Translations under genes and position numbers: made by a program
Shown: positions 41,573-51,769 of the stretch, one piece after another
How the letters are laid out: each line of letters begins with the position of its first letter
Numbering within the stretch: position 1 is the first letter of the stretch
Source: Planctomycetota bacterium
GTDB taxonomy: Bacteria; Planctomycetota; UBA11346
Assembly: GCA_038231435.1 (NCBI GenBank)
Contig: JBBRLJ010000021.1
Coordinates: 1 to 64,000 of the forward strand
Direction: 5' to 3'
Length of the DNA stretch: 64,000 nucleotides
The notes under the pieces: generated by a model
What the model was told of the DNA's origin: nothing
The model's input: only the letters and a program-made list of their open reading frames with translations
The model's database searches: none

Positions 41573-43762
41573 ATGTCCCGGCGCAAGAAGATCTGGCTGA
41601 CCCTGGGCATCGTCCTGATCGGCCTGCCGCTCGCGGCCCTGGTCGTCGGCTGGTGCCTCATCCATTCGGGCCGGGTCGAACGTTACATCGAAGCGAAGTT
41701 CAGCCAACGCCTGCCGGGACGGCTGCACGTCGGGAGCTTCGAGCTCGCGTCCTCGAGCGAGATCGTGCTGCGCGACCTGGTCATCGACGAGGCCGGCGAG
41801 GCGGCGCTGGTCACCGTCGCTGAGGTGCACGCCAAGCTGTCGCTCAGGCGGCTGCGGCTCGAGGCCCTGGCTATCGACGGCGTGCGCATGCGCCTGGATG
41901 CCAAGTCGTTCGCCCTGCTCAACCGCATCCTCGACACCGAGTCGGCGATCCCGCCGTCTGGGAAGCCTCACAAAACCCCGATCGACGTCACCGGCGAGTT
42001 GGTCACCGATACCGGCCTGCGCGTCTCCGACATCGTCGTCAAGGCGACCGACAACGGCCCCGAGACCACGGCCCAGGTCACCGCCCGCTACGGCGACGAG
42101 CCGGTCCAGCTGTCGATCGACATCGCTCCGGTCGCGCAGGGCTCGCGCCACATGCGCATCGGTGGCAAACACGTGAAGGGCTTGGTGGCACCGGTGATCG
42201 ACGCCCTGGTCTCGATCAAGTTGCTGGCCCAGGTCCCGCCGTTCGTGCGCCAGTACCTGCCCGAGGTCGCCGACGCTAGCGGGACCGTGGTCGACAAGGA
42301 TCTCTCGGCGAATTCGTTCACCGGCAGCCTGATCGCCAGATGGCCCCTGGAGCAAGAGGGCGCCGGCAGCCTGTCCGCGACGCTCACCGCCGACGTGCAT
42401 CGGTTGACGTTGACCAAGCTGATCGTCAAGGACGCCACGGTGATCACCGCCGAGGGCAAGCTGTCTGCCGATCTCGACAACCAGGATCTCGCCATCGACC
42501 TCATCAGCTGGCATCCCGGCTCGCGACTGACGGCGGCGAACGGCCCGATCCCGCCGCAGGTTCCGGTCGAGGAGCTGCTGAAACAGGTACCGGCGTTGAG
42601 ATTCCAATGCCGCCTGCGCGAGAACGAGGAGCAGATCGTGGCGCGCCTGTTCGCGCTCGGTCAGGCGCAGTCGAGCGTCGAACTGTCCTGGAAACCCGAC
42701 GCGCCGCTGAAGGTGGACGCGATCGAGCTGCCGCTGACCCTCGCGCAGTCGTTCCTGCCCAAGGCGGTGACCATCAATGGCGGCCAGGCCGCCAAGGTCT
42801 CGCTGACCATCGACGGGACCCTGCGCGCCTGCGACGTCGAGGCGCGGCAGGCGCGTTTCTCGGCGCGTGGCTGGTCGTTTGGGCCCGCCAGCGGTTTCTG
42901 TCGCATCGACCCCGTCGCCGCTGGGGGCTTCTCACTGGCGGCCGAGCTGCGCCAGCTCGACGAACAGGGGCGCGCTGGTGCAGGCCGGCTCGGGGTCATC
43001 AATTACAGCAATAACGGCGCAGCAACCTCGACCATGCATGTCGAGGTCAAGCGCGTCGAGGACATGCTCATCCGCATCCACGGCCCGGTACAACTGCCAG
43101 ATCTGCGCGGCGGCCTGTCGTTCGACATGCGCATGAAGCAGGACGAGCAGTCGATCCAGGCCCACGTCGAACGATTGGCCCTAGACGACCTGACGCTCCC
43201 CGACCTGCTGCAGGAGCTGGTCGCCACGATCCGCGGCGATTTCGTGTGGCGCCCGAACGGCCTCGACGCGCACTTCGGTGGTCAGCTCCACCAAGGCCAG
43301 CTGCGCTTGCCAGGAACGTGGCTCGACATCGCGGCGCGCAATCCGCTGTTCACCGCCGCGTTCGTATTGACGCCAGCGGAAGGCTACGCCCCGGCCGCGC
43401 TCGACGTCTCCGAGATCCTGGTGCGCGCGGCCGACGCCAAGGGCGAGCCGATGGCGCTCGGGTATTCCGCCCAGCTCGGCGGCAACCTCACCGCCACTGG
43501 CACCGGACAGATCCGCGGCGTCGTCGACCACGCCGATCTCGGCTGGGTGAACAGCATGCTGCCGCTGGATCCCGGGAGCATGTCCGGTCAGGGCGCGATC
43601 GCCATCTCGGCCGACCTGTTCCTGGCCACGGTCATGCGCCTGGAGGGATCGTTCCTGCCGTTGAACGCCGATCTGCGCATCGGCAAGGGTTTCCAGGCCA
43701 CCGGCATCACCGGCGCCGTGCAGTTCATCATGGAGAAGAACTCCGGGGACAAGCGGCCGTGA
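41573..43762 (+). CDS. Membrane-anchored beta-rich hypothetical protein (possibly AsmA-like)
   Basis: N-terminal basic residues plus TM anchor, then a long alternating beta-strand pattern. Confidence 0.6.
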   Translation: MSRRKKIWLTLGIVLIGLPLAALVVGWCLIHSGRVERYIEAKFSQRLPGRLHVGSFELASSSEIVLRDLVIDEAGEAALVTVAEVHAKLSLRRLRLEALAIDGVRMRLDAKSFALLNRILDTESAIPPSGKPHKTPIDVTGELVTDTGLRVSDIVVKATDNGPETTAQVTARYGDEPVQLSIDIAPVAQGSRHMRIGGKHVKGLVAPVIDALVSIKLLAQVPPFVRQYLPEVADASGTVVDKDLSANSFTGSLIARWPLEQEGAGSLSATLTADVHRLTLTKLIVKDATVITAEGKLSADLDNQDLAIDLISWHPGSRLTAANGPIPPQVPVEELLKQVPALRFQCRLRENEEQIVARLFALGQAQSSVELSWKPDAPLKVDAIELPLTLAQSFLPKAVTINGGQAAKVSLTIDGTLRACDVEARQARFSARGWSFGPASGFCRIDPVAAGGFSLAAELRQLDEQGRAGAGRLGVINYSNNGAATSTMHVEVKRVEDMLIRIHGPVQLPDLRGGLSFDMRMKQDEQSIQAHVERLALDDLTLPDLLQELVATIRGDFVWRPNGLDAHFGGQLHQGQLRLPGTWLDIAARNPLFTAAFVLTPAEGYAPAALDVSEILVRAADAKGEPMALGYSAQLGGNLTATGTGQIRGVVDHADLGWVNSMLPLDPGSMSGQGAIAISADLFLATVMRLEGSFLPLNADLRIGKGFQATGITGAVQFIMEKNSGDKRP

Positions 43763-43790
43763 GCGTGGATACTACGCGCGAGGAATCGCC

Positions 43791-44120
43791 ATGTACCGTG
43801 AACTGAAGGCCGAGGCCGAAGCCGAGGCGCTGATCGCATCCCCTGAGCCGGCGTGGCTGTTCAAGCATTCGAACACCTGCCCGACCAGCAGCGCCGCGCT
43901 CGACGAATTCCGCGGCTACCTCACCGCGCACCCGCACGAGCCCGCCGGCATGCTGGTGGTGCAGACCCAGCGCCCGCTGTCCAACTGGTTGGCCACGCGG
44001 CTGAAGCGCACCCATCAGAGCCCGCAGCTGTTCCTGGTGAAGGCGGGCGCGATCGTGTGGACGGCCTCGCATTGGAGCATCACCGCCGCGGCCATGGACC
44101 AGGCGCGGAAACAGGCGTAA
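43791..44120 (+). CDS. YtxJ/BrxC-family monothiol redox protein
   Basis: FKHSNTCPTS, HQSPQ and ASHWSIT motifs. Confidence 0.85.
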   Translation: MYRELKAEAEAEALIASPEPAWLFKHSNTCPTSSAALDEFRGYLTAHPHEPAGMLVVQTQRPLSNWLATRLKRTHQSPQLFLVKAGAIVWTASHWSITAAAMDQARKQA

Positions 44121-44123
44121 TCG

Positions 44124-44834
44124 ATGGCCGGCAAACCGCATGCGGTCTACCTGCACGGCTTCGGCTCGAGCCCGCGCAGCGCGAAGGGAGTCGCGCTCGG
44201 CAAGCGGCTCGCCGGAAGCGTTTCCAGCTTTCGCATCCCCGACCTCGAAGCCGGCGATTTCCGTGGTCTGACCATGGACATGCTCGCTGAGCGCGCCAGC
44301 CGCGCGCTCGCTGACCTGCCCGATGACGGAACGCCCGCCCTGCTGATCGGTTCGAGCCTCGGCGGCTACACCGCCGCCTGGATCGCCGCGGCCGGTCGCG
44401 CGCCGCGCGCCGCGGCGCTGCTCCTGATCGCGCCGGCCTTCGGCTTCACCGACACCTGGACGCAGCGCCTCGGCGAAGCCGGGGTCGCGCAGTGGAAGCA
44501 GGCGGGCGAGCGCATGTTCTTCCACCACGGAGCCGAACGCGACCTGCCGCTCGGGGTCGCCTTCCACGATAGCTGCGTGCCCTTGCCCGCGCTGCCGCCG
44601 CAGGCGCCGGTGCCGATCACCATCGTCCACGGCCGCCAGGACCAGAGCGTCGACCACCGCCAGAGCGCGCGCTACGCGCTCGAGCGCGAACGCGTGGAAT
44701 TGCACCTGGTCGAGGGCGATCACCGCCTCACCGAGCAGCGCCATGAGGACCTGATCGTGTGGTGCGCCCAGGACCTGCTGGTTGGGTTGGGGGGCTACGG
44801 CCTCCGACCGGCAATTGCCCCACTGGGCACGTGA
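44124..44834 (+). CDS. YqiA/YcfP-family alpha/beta hydrolase
   Basis: YLHGFGSSPRSAK, IGSSLGGY, HGRQD and GDHRL motifs. Confidence 0.88.
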   Translation: MAGKPHAVYLHGFGSSPRSAKGVALGKRLAGSVSSFRIPDLEAGDFRGLTMDMLAERASRALADLPDDGTPALLIGSSLGGYTAAWIAAAGRAPRAAALLLIAPAFGFTDTWTQRLGEAGVAQWKQAGERMFFHHGAERDLPLGVAFHDSCVPLPALPPQAPVPITIVHGRQDQSVDHRQSARYALERERVELHLVEGDHRLTEQRHEDLIVWCAQDLLVGLGGYGLRPAIAPLGT

Positions 44835-44882
44835 GATCGCTTCGCGATCCCCCCAGCATCGCGCGTCCGCGCTGCCCCCCAA
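44787..44882. repeat. Palindromic repeat (family 2) overlapping the hydrolase 3' end
   Basis: TTGGGGGGCTACGGCC...CCCCCCAGCA...TGCCCCCCAA matches the reverse complement of 7582-7626. Confidence 0.65.
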
Positions 44883-44974
44883 AGAGCCAACGGGAAGGGT
44901 AGGATTGGAGCAGGGCGCTTCGCGCTGCACCATGCGCCAAATATGGGTGAAGTGCCGAGAGTCGAATGCGTCGC

Positions 44975-46402
44975 TCAGCCAACGAATGGGATCGCCGCGA
45001 TGACGCGCTGCCATTGCTCTGGCTGGTTTTTCTGCGCGGTCGGGATCTCGACCACCGTCACCGGGGCCGCGCCGCGCGGTCGCCAGGCGATCGGGAAGGC
45101 GGGATCGGCGTAGCCGGTGAAGGCGACCACCACCGGCACGCCGAGCGCGGCGGCGAGATGATGTCCCACGCTGTCGTAGCTGAGCGCGAGACGCGAACAG
45201 GCCAGCGCGGCGGCCCAGCCGGCGATCGAGCCATGGAAGCGCAGCACCGGCTCGGCGGCAAGCGAATCAGCGGCCAGCGCCGTGACCGGCTCGCCCAGCC
45301 CCTTGGCGCTGTCGTCGAGATCACGCGCCCGCCAGCCGAGTGCTGCAAGCACCGCATCGCTGTTGGCGAGCTCTTCGTCGCCGAAACCGCGGTCGAGCAG
45401 CACGCGCCAGCCGCGCGCGCGCAGGGCGCGCAGCAGCTCGATCTCGGCTGGGCGAGGCAGGGCCTTGGCCGGATTTCCGCCATGGTCGAGCTTGACCGCC
45501 GCGAGGGGAGCCGGACCGAATGCGGCGGCGAAGCGTTGGCGCTGCGCCGACGCGGCGGCGTCGAGCCCGATCGATGGCAGCGCGGCCGGCAGCAGGGGCA
45601 GCGACAGCCGTCGCGCGAGCCATTCGTCGAAGAGCTCGGCCAGTCCACGCGGCGCACCGGCGGGCTGCAGATTCTCCCACAGCATGTACGAGCGCTCATC
45701 GGCGGTGACCGGCAGCACGCCGAGCTGGTCGAGCCGTGAATCGGGGCTCAGCACCAGATCCGGCGCCTCGGCGCGTACCGCCTCGACCACCGCCAGCCAG
45801 CTCGCCAGGCGCTCGTGCAACGCGCCGCGTCGCGCGTACGAGAGCGCGCGCACGCGCACCCGCGGCAGCCCGCCGAACAGCCCCGCCAGCTTGGTGTCGC
45901 CCAGGAGCACCAGCTCGGCGGCCGGATAGCGCTGGGCCAGGCGCGCGAGCGCCACCGAGGCGAGCAGGATGTCGGCGCCGATAGTGACGCGGCTGAGCAC
46001 CAGCACCGTGCGCGCGCTGGCGGGCACGGCGTGGGCGCCCGCGCGCGCGCGCGCGTAGCGCTCGCGCAACCCTGCCTGATCGCGGATGCCGAAGCCGGCC
46101 AAGGCTTCCGCGAGCGCGGGTGCGCGCGCGCATGAACGCCACGCGATGCGCGCGAACAGCGCAGCATAGGCGGCGCGCCCCGCGGGCGTGAAGGCATCAT
46201 TGAGCGGCTCGATCAGTCCGCCGAAGAGCGCGGCGATGCCGGCGGAGCGCACCGATTCGTCATCGTGGTCGGCGGCATCGGCGAGCGCGTCGGCGTGGAC
46301 CAGCGCCGGCGCGTCGGCGCGGGCGAGCGCGGACTCGACCTGTCGCTGGTCGAGTCCGCGTAGGCTCTCGAGGATGGCCGCGGCATGCTCGGCGGGAGTC
46401 AT
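44975..46402 (-). CDS. Glycosyltransferase family 9 (heptosyltransferase-like)
   Basis: RVTIGADIL...LAQRYPAAEL and YDSVGHHLAAALGVPVV GT9 motifs. Confidence 0.78.
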   Translation of the reverse strand: MTPAEHAAAILESLRGLDQRQVESALARADAPALVHADALADAADHDDESVRSAGIAALFGGLIEPLNDAFTPAGRAAYAALFARIAWRSCARAPALAEALAGFGIRDQAGLRERYARARAGAHAVPASARTVLVLSRVTIGADILLASVALARLAQRYPAAELVLLGDTKLAGLFGGLPRVRVRALSYARRGALHERLASWLAVVEAVRAEAPDLVLSPDSRLDQLGVLPVTADERSYMLWENLQPAGAPRGLAELFDEWLARRLSLPLLPAALPSIGLDAAASAQRQRFAAAFGPAPLAAVKLDHGGNPAKALPRPAEIELLRALRARGWRVLLDRGFGDEELANSDAVLAALGWRARDLDDSAKGLGEPVTALAADSLAAEPVLRFHGSIAGWAAALACSRLALSYDSVGHHLAAALGVPVVVAFTGYADPAFPIAWRPRGAAPVTVVEIPTAQKNQPEQWQRVIAAIPFVG

Positions 46403-46523
46403 GGCGACACGCTACGATCCATCCGGCCCACGCCAGCCTCTGCCCGCGCTCTCGGCCAGCGCCTGATAGAGCCGCGCGCGTGGTGAACGTGGCGGGAGTG
46501 CCGGCCCGAGGTAGGCTGCGTCC

Positions 46524-46895
46524 ATGCTCGGCCTCCTCGTCGTCGACCACGGCAGCCGCCTCCCCGGCGCGAACGCCCAGCTCGAGGACATCGCCGCGCG
46601 GCTGCGCGTGCTGCGCCCCGACGACCGGGTCGAGCACGCGCACATGGAGCTGTGCGAGCCGACCATACCGCAGGCGCTTACCCGCTTGGCCGCCGCGGGG
46701 GCTACGCGCGTCCACGTGCTGCCATACTTCCTCAGCGAGGGTCGCCACAGCCGTGAGGACATTCCTCGGCTGTGCGCCGAAGCCGCGCGCGACCTCCCCG
46801 GCGTGACCGTGACGGTCGCGCCGGCGCTCGGGCCCGATGACGCGCTCGCGAGACTGCTGCTGGTGCGCGCCGGGCTCGGCGCCGACCGGCCGTGA
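46524..46895 (+). CDS. Short CbiX/SirB-type chelatase
   Basis: VDHGSR, AHMELCEPTI and PYFLSEGRH..EDIP motifs. Confidence 0.87.
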   Translation: MLGLLVVDHGSRLPGANAQLEDIAARLRVLRPDDRVEHAHMELCEPTIPQALTRLAAAGATRVHVLPYFLSEGRHSREDIPRLCAEAARDLPGVTVTVAPALGPDDALARLLLVRAGLGADRP

Positions 46896-48049
46896 TCTAT
46901 CTCGATTACAATGCCTCCGCGCCGGTGCGGCCCGAGGCGCGCGCCGCATGGCTGTCGGCCCAGGACGAGGATTGGGGCAACCCCGGATCGATCCACGGCC
47001 AGGGCCAGCGCGCGCGCCACCGCCTCGATCACGCGAAGGCGCAGCTCGCGGGCGAACTCGGCTGCAAGGCCCATGAGCTGGTCATCACCAGCGGCGGAAC
47101 CGAGGCCAACGCCACCGCGATCCATGCCGCCTTGGCGGGTGCCGGAGACGACCAGGGGGCCGAGGCGGAGATCGTCGCCAGTGCGATCGATCACAGCTCG
47201 GTGCTGCGCAACATCCAGGCGAGGATGCCGCTGCATCCTCGGGCGCGCACGCGCACGTTGCCCGTCGATAGCTGCGGTCGCCTGGCCGCGGCGACGCTGG
47301 CGGCCGCGGTGTCGTCCGTGACACGCCTGGTGTGCTTCCAGTTCGCCAACAACGAGACGGGCACGCAGCAAGAGGTTCCAGCTCTGGTGGCGGCCGTGCG
47401 CGCGACGAATCCCCACACGCTGGTGCTGCTCGATTGCTGCCAGGGCGCCGGCAAGCGTCCGCTGGAACTGCGCGACCTGGGCGTGGATTTCGCGTCGATC
47501 GCCGGTCACAAGTTTGGCGCGCCCAAGGGTGTCGGCGCGCTCTACGTGCGCTCTGGCGTCAAGCTCCCGCCGATGATCTCCGGCGGGCGCCAGCAGCAGG
47601 ACCGCCGCTCGGGGACTGAGGACCCCGCCTTGGCCGCGGCGCTGGCCGCGGCGCTGGTGGCGGCGAACGCCAGCTGGGCCGCCGAGGACGTGCGCCAGCG
47701 CGCGCTGCTCGACCGCGCGTGGGAACGAATCTCGACCACGAGTCCAGGCGCGCGTTGGATCGCGCGCGACGCGCTGCGCTTGGCCAACACCCTGAGCCTC
47801 GGCCATGCCGGTGGCACGCGCGAGCACTTGGTGACGCGCCTCGATCTCGCCGGCTTCGCGGTCTCGACGGGCGCTGCCTGCATGGCGGCGCGCGGCGACC
47901 CCAGCCACGTCATCGCGGCGCTCGGCATCGATCCCGCGCTCGCGCGCAGCGTCATCCGCGTGTCCATCGGCCCAGGCACCAGCGCGGACGATATGGACGC
48001 CTTCTCTGCCGCGTATGCGCGCGAGGTCGCGGCGCTCGCGGCGAACTGA
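46892..48049 (+). CDS. Cysteine desulfurase (IscS/NifS family)
   Basis: YLDYNASAP, TSGGTEAN, ANNETG, GHKFGAPKGVG and STGAAC motifs. Confidence 0.92.
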   Translation: MIYLDYNASAPVRPEARAAWLSAQDEDWGNPGSIHGQGQRARHRLDHAKAQLAGELGCKAHELVITSGGTEANATAIHAALAGAGDDQGAEAEIVASAIDHSSVLRNIQARMPLHPRARTRTLPVDSCGRLAAATLAAAVSSVTRLVCFQFANNETGTQQEVPALVAAVRATNPHTLVLLDCCQGAGKRPLELRDLGVDFASIAGHKFGAPKGVGALYVRSGVKLPPMISGGRQQQDRRSGTEDPALAAALAAALVAANASWAAEDVRQRALLDRAWERISTTSPGARWIARDALRLANTLSLGHAGGTREHLVTRLDLAGFAVSTGAACMAARGDPSHVIAALGIDPALARSVIRVSIGPGTSADDMDAFSAAYAREVAALAAN

Positions 48050-48227
48050 GTCCTGCCCGTTTCTACTCGCCGTCAGCAGGCCGGGAGCCGTGGCCCCGCT
48101 CATGGCCCATCTTCCATGAGCGGGAATAGCGGGCTTAGCGGGATTCGCCGAGATCAGCCAAGGCCGTTCCCGGACACCGCCAGGACGCTGCTCCTGGACC
48201 GCGCAGATCGTGCCCGTACCGTCCCGC

Positions 48228-48740
48228 ATGGAACTGCGAGCCCACATCCGCGACGTCCCCGATTTCCCCAAGAAGGGCATCGTCTTCAAGGACATCACGC
48301 CGATGCTCGGCAATCCCCAGGCACTCGCGCACGTGGTGCAGGCGATGGCGTCGCACTACCAGGGCAAGGGCATCACCAAGGTGGTCGGCATCGAGAGCCG
48401 CGGCTTCATCTTCGCGCCGCCGATCGCCATCGCGCTGGGCGCCGGCTTCGTACCGATCCGCAAGCCGGGCAAGCTGCCGTGGAAATCGAGACGCCAGGCC
48501 TACGGCCTCGAATACGGCACCGACGTCATCGAGATCCACGACGACGCGGTGTCGGATAAGGACACCGTGCTGATGGTCGACGACGTGCTCGCCACTGGCG
48601 GCACCATGGAGGCAGCCTGCAAGCTGGTGCGCCTGCTGGGCGGCAAGGTCCACGGCTGCGCCTTCGCCATCGACCTCGCTTTCCTGGGCGGTGCCAAGCG
48701 TCTGGACGTTCCGGTCTTTTCCGTCATCGAATATGCCTGA
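48228..48740 (+). CDS. apt: Adenine phosphoribosyltransferase
   Basis: PDFPKKGIVFKDIT, ESRGF, RKPGKLP, LEYG and VDDVLATGGT motifs. Confidence 0.97.
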   Translation: MELRAHIRDVPDFPKKGIVFKDITPMLGNPQALAHVVQAMASHYQGKGITKVVGIESRGFIFAPPIAIALGAGFVPIRKPGKLPWKSRRQAYGLEYGTDVIEIHDDAVSDKDTVLMVDDVLATGGTMEAACKLVRLLGGKVHGCAFAIDLAFLGGAKRLDVPVFSVIEYA

Positions 48741-48765
48741 TAGTGCCTGGTAGTGTTTTCCGCCT

Positions 48766-48838
48766 GACCCCGTAGCTCAGCGGATAGAGCGGTGGTTTCC
48801 TAAACCGCAGGTCGCAGGTTCAATTCCTGCCGGGGTCG
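48766..48838 (+). tRNA. tRNA-Arg (anticodon CCT)
   Basis: Acceptor stem GACCCCG/CGGGGTC; D arm GCTC/GAGC; anticodon loop TTCCTAA; T loop TTCAATT; CCA not encoded. Confidence 0.95.
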
Positions 48839-48953
48839 CTTCCTTACCTCTACTCCGGCCGTCGGCCGCGCTCGCCCGCCTGTCCTCCCAACGAGGCGGC
48901 GGCATCGAGATGGAACGTATCCGCTCTCGCCGACCTTGACGAGGGGAGTCGCC

Positions 48954-49505
48954 ATGCCCGATCGCGTCCTGATCTCCTTCGGCTGGATCGTCCTCGCGCT
49001 ACCGATGCTCGCGCTTCCCATCGCTCTGGCCGATGGTGCCGACACGTCGCAGGAGACGGCCGCGCCGGCGATCGCTCCGGTCCCTGACGATCTGCGCATC
49101 CGGCTCGATGAGCTCCACTGGCCGGTGACCGAGCTGCGCGACGGCAAGCTCTGCCTGCTGTGGAAGAAGGGGGACGATACCGAGAAGTTCCCGGCCGCGC
49201 TCGGACGCGTCGAGGCGACCGAGATCGTGTGGAAGCACACATTCTATCCGATCACCTCGATGACCGTGCTCGCGACATCGAAGTCGGTGCTGGGCACCGA
49301 CGCCGCGTCGGCGGTGCGCATCGACTTCGCGCTCGGCACCCTCGAGCTGCGCGTCCACGGCCAGCACCCGGCGCAGAGCGAGGGCGCCTTCACGCCCGGC
49401 GACGGTACGCCGGTCCAACGCTTCCGTACCGGCGGCAACTGGGGGCAGGGCATGGACATGATCGAGGATGCGGCCTCGGCTCCGCCGCCGGTCAAGAAGC
49501 CGTGA
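48954..49505 (+). CDS. Secreted hypothetical protein
   Basis: RBS GGGAG; signal-peptide-like N-terminus ending ALA. Confidence 0.6.
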   Translation: MPDRVLISFGWIVLALPMLALPIALADGADTSQETAAPAIAPVPDDLRIRLDELHWPVTELRDGKLCLLWKKGDDTEKFPAALGRVEATEIVWKHTFYPITSMTVLATSKSVLGTDAASAVRIDFALGTLELRVHGQHPAQSEGAFTPGDGTPVQRFRTGGNWGQGMDMIEDAASAPPPVKKP

Positions 49506-49617
49506 GGGAGCCGCCTTCGGGCCTCCTGGCGCGCTGGGAGCGCTGAGCGCGCGTCACAAGGCCGCCGGAGCATGCCGTTTCCGTTTGCCGGGGCACGCCA
49601 GGGGGGCACCATCCGCC

Positions 49618-51567
49618 ATGCTCAGATTCCCGCGCTTCCTTCACCTAATTGTCGCCGCGCTCCCGGCCGCCTGCCCGTTCTTCGTGGCCGAGGCGCTGCC
49701 GGCCGCCGAATTGTCGGGGGTGAAGGTCGAGTCCAAGCCGTTCGTGCTGCAGACCGACGTCGGCAAGACGCCAGCAGAGCAGCAGAAGACCGCTGCGAAG
49801 TTCCTCAGGCCGATCACCGAGACGGCGAATTTCTTCCTCAAGGTCTACGAGCTCAAGGGCACCTGCTTCGAGGACTACGCCAGCTTCTACGACCGGCCGC
49901 CCGAGCAGCACTTCGAGAAGCTCATCCGCGTGCGCATCTGGCGCAACTACGACGACTTCCTCGCCGACTACCAGAAGCGCTACAAGACCAAGAGCCTGCC
50001 GGCGGCGTTCTTCGGCATCAACCGCCAGGTCGACGACTACGGCAAGGAAGGCGATCTGATCCGCGAGATCGGCACCTCGACCGAAGGCGACAACGACCAG
50101 CAGGTGCTGCGCCATCTCTACCATGAGATGGGCCACCTGTTCATGCGCACCTTCATCGTCCGCCAGTGCGAGGTGCCAAGCTGGATCGAGGAAGGCACCG
50201 CCGAGCTGTTCCAGTACCGCAAGGGCAACGGCACCAAGCCCGAGGCGGAGCGCGATCAGCGCGAAGGCTGGCTGACCGAGATGGTCGCCGAGGGGACCTC
50301 GATCCCGTGGCAGGAGATGGTGAACGTCCACAACCTCGACAACCTCGACTTCACCTACAAGGACCCGATGCGGTCGACCATCCAGTACGTGCAGGCGTGG
50401 TCGATGATCGAATTCATGGTCTCGAACCAGCAGCGGCAGAGCGCGTTCATCGCCATGCTGAAGAAATTCAAGAGCGATGCCGAGAACTACGCGACGCAGC
50501 TGCAGGGCAAATCGCCGGAGGAGTTCCTCAAGATCTACGTGCCATACCTCTACACCATCCAGGAGGCCGCCTTCGAGAAATGCTACGGCAACAAGCTGCT
50601 GTCGATCGAGGCGAATTGGAAGGAATGGATCAAGAAGACCTATGACACCGAGGTGAAGAAGCATCCGATCTTGCGCTATCATCGCGGCGAATGGTACGTG
50701 CTGCGGGCGCGCAATCCGAGGATGGGCGAGGCCGCCAAGGACCTGCTCGCCAAGGCCGAGACCATCTTCAACGAATGCGTGCAGCTGAATCCCGACAAGC
50801 CCGAGGGCTACGTGGGCCTCGGACGCCTGGCGCTGACGCGAGGCGACCTGAAGGCCGCCGAAGAGGGCTTCTCGAAGGCGCTCGGCCTCGGCTCCGAGAG
50901 CTATGATGCGCTGCTCTATGCTGGCATCGCGCGCGTTCTCGGCGGACGCTGCAAGGACGCCATCGATCCGCTCACCAAGGCGGTCGAGCAGCGTCCGACC
51001 GACGCCGAGGGTCAGCGGTATCTTGGGCAGGCGCTCGCGGCAGGGGGCGGGGATCCCGAGCTGGCGCTGTCGCACCTGCGCGCCGCCCGCGACCTGGACG
51101 CCAACCAGGCGCCGAACTGCGCCTTCATCGAAGGCGGCGTGCAGTACATCGCGGGCCACGCTTCCGATGCCTACATCAGCTGGCTGCGCACGGCGAATCT
51201 GCGCAGTGATTTCCCGATGATCCAGGTCTATCAGGCCATGGCGAAGGCCGCCAACAACCTGCCGGACGATGCGCTCGAGCTGCTCAAGCCGATCGAGACG
51301 ACGGCGGTCGGCAAGGCCTTCCACGATCTGATCGCCGCCGGCAAACCGCTGCCAAAGATGTCATTCACCGTCGATGGCTGGCCGACCATCGACTGGGCGG
51401 CCGCCGGATTGCGTACCGCTGGCGATGCCGGCACGAACGACGGCGCACCCGACGCTAAGGAGAAGGACTCCAAGGCGAAAACCGGTGAGAAGCCCTCGGG
51501 CGAGCTCGACGCCAATCCTCCAGCGGAGGGCAAGGACAGCCTGCTCGGGGGCGAACAGACGAAGTGA
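49618..51567 (+). CDS. Secreted Zn-peptidase-like (HExxH, DUF1570/peptidase MA-like) protein with TPR repeats
   Basis: YHEMGHLF...PSWIEEGTAE...YVQAWSMIEFM, followed by TPR-like repeats. Confidence 0.8.
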   Translation: MLRFPRFLHLIVAALPAACPFFVAEALPAAELSGVKVESKPFVLQTDVGKTPAEQQKTAAKFLRPITETANFFLKVYELKGTCFEDYASFYDRPPEQHFEKLIRVRIWRNYDDFLADYQKRYKTKSLPAAFFGINRQVDDYGKEGDLIREIGTSTEGDNDQQVLRHLYHEMGHLFMRTFIVRQCEVPSWIEEGTAELFQYRKGNGTKPEAERDQREGWLTEMVAEGTSIPWQEMVNVHNLDNLDFTYKDPMRSTIQYVQAWSMIEFMVSNQQRQSAFIAMLKKFKSDAENYATQLQGKSPEEFLKIYVPYLYTIQEAAFEKCYGNKLLSIEANWKEWIKKTYDTEVKKHPILRYHRGEWYVLRARNPRMGEAAKDLLAKAETIFNECVQLNPDKPEGYVGLGRLALTRGDLKAAEEGFSKALGLGSESYDALLYAGIARVLGGRCKDAIDPLTKAVEQRPTDAEGQRYLGQALAAGGGDPELALSHLRAARDLDANQAPNCAFIEGGVQYIAGHASDAYISWLRTANLRSDFPMIQVYQAMAKAANNLPDDALELLKPIETTAVGKAFHDLIAAGKPLPKMSFTVDGWPTIDWAAAGLRTAGDAGTNDGAPDAKEKDSKAKTGEKPSGELDANPPAEGKDSLLGGEQTK

Positions 51568-51769
51568 TCGCGGCGGCGCCGCTGTGTCCAGGGTGAGCCG
51601 ATGTCGACGGTCCCCGCGGCGTGCTCACGATATAATCACCGCGGGCGAGCACGGGGCCTCCACCGCCAACACGGCCGGTCGACAGACTATGTCGATGGAC
51701 ACGTCGATCCGGCAATGCGGGAGCGATAGCCCTTAAGCGCAGTGCCTGGATCCGCTGAGTGCGGATTCG

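Noticed and set aside
48766..48838. tRNA-Arg as integration site for the downstream island
   Set aside because: No duplicated tRNA 3' end and no integrase seen in the window.
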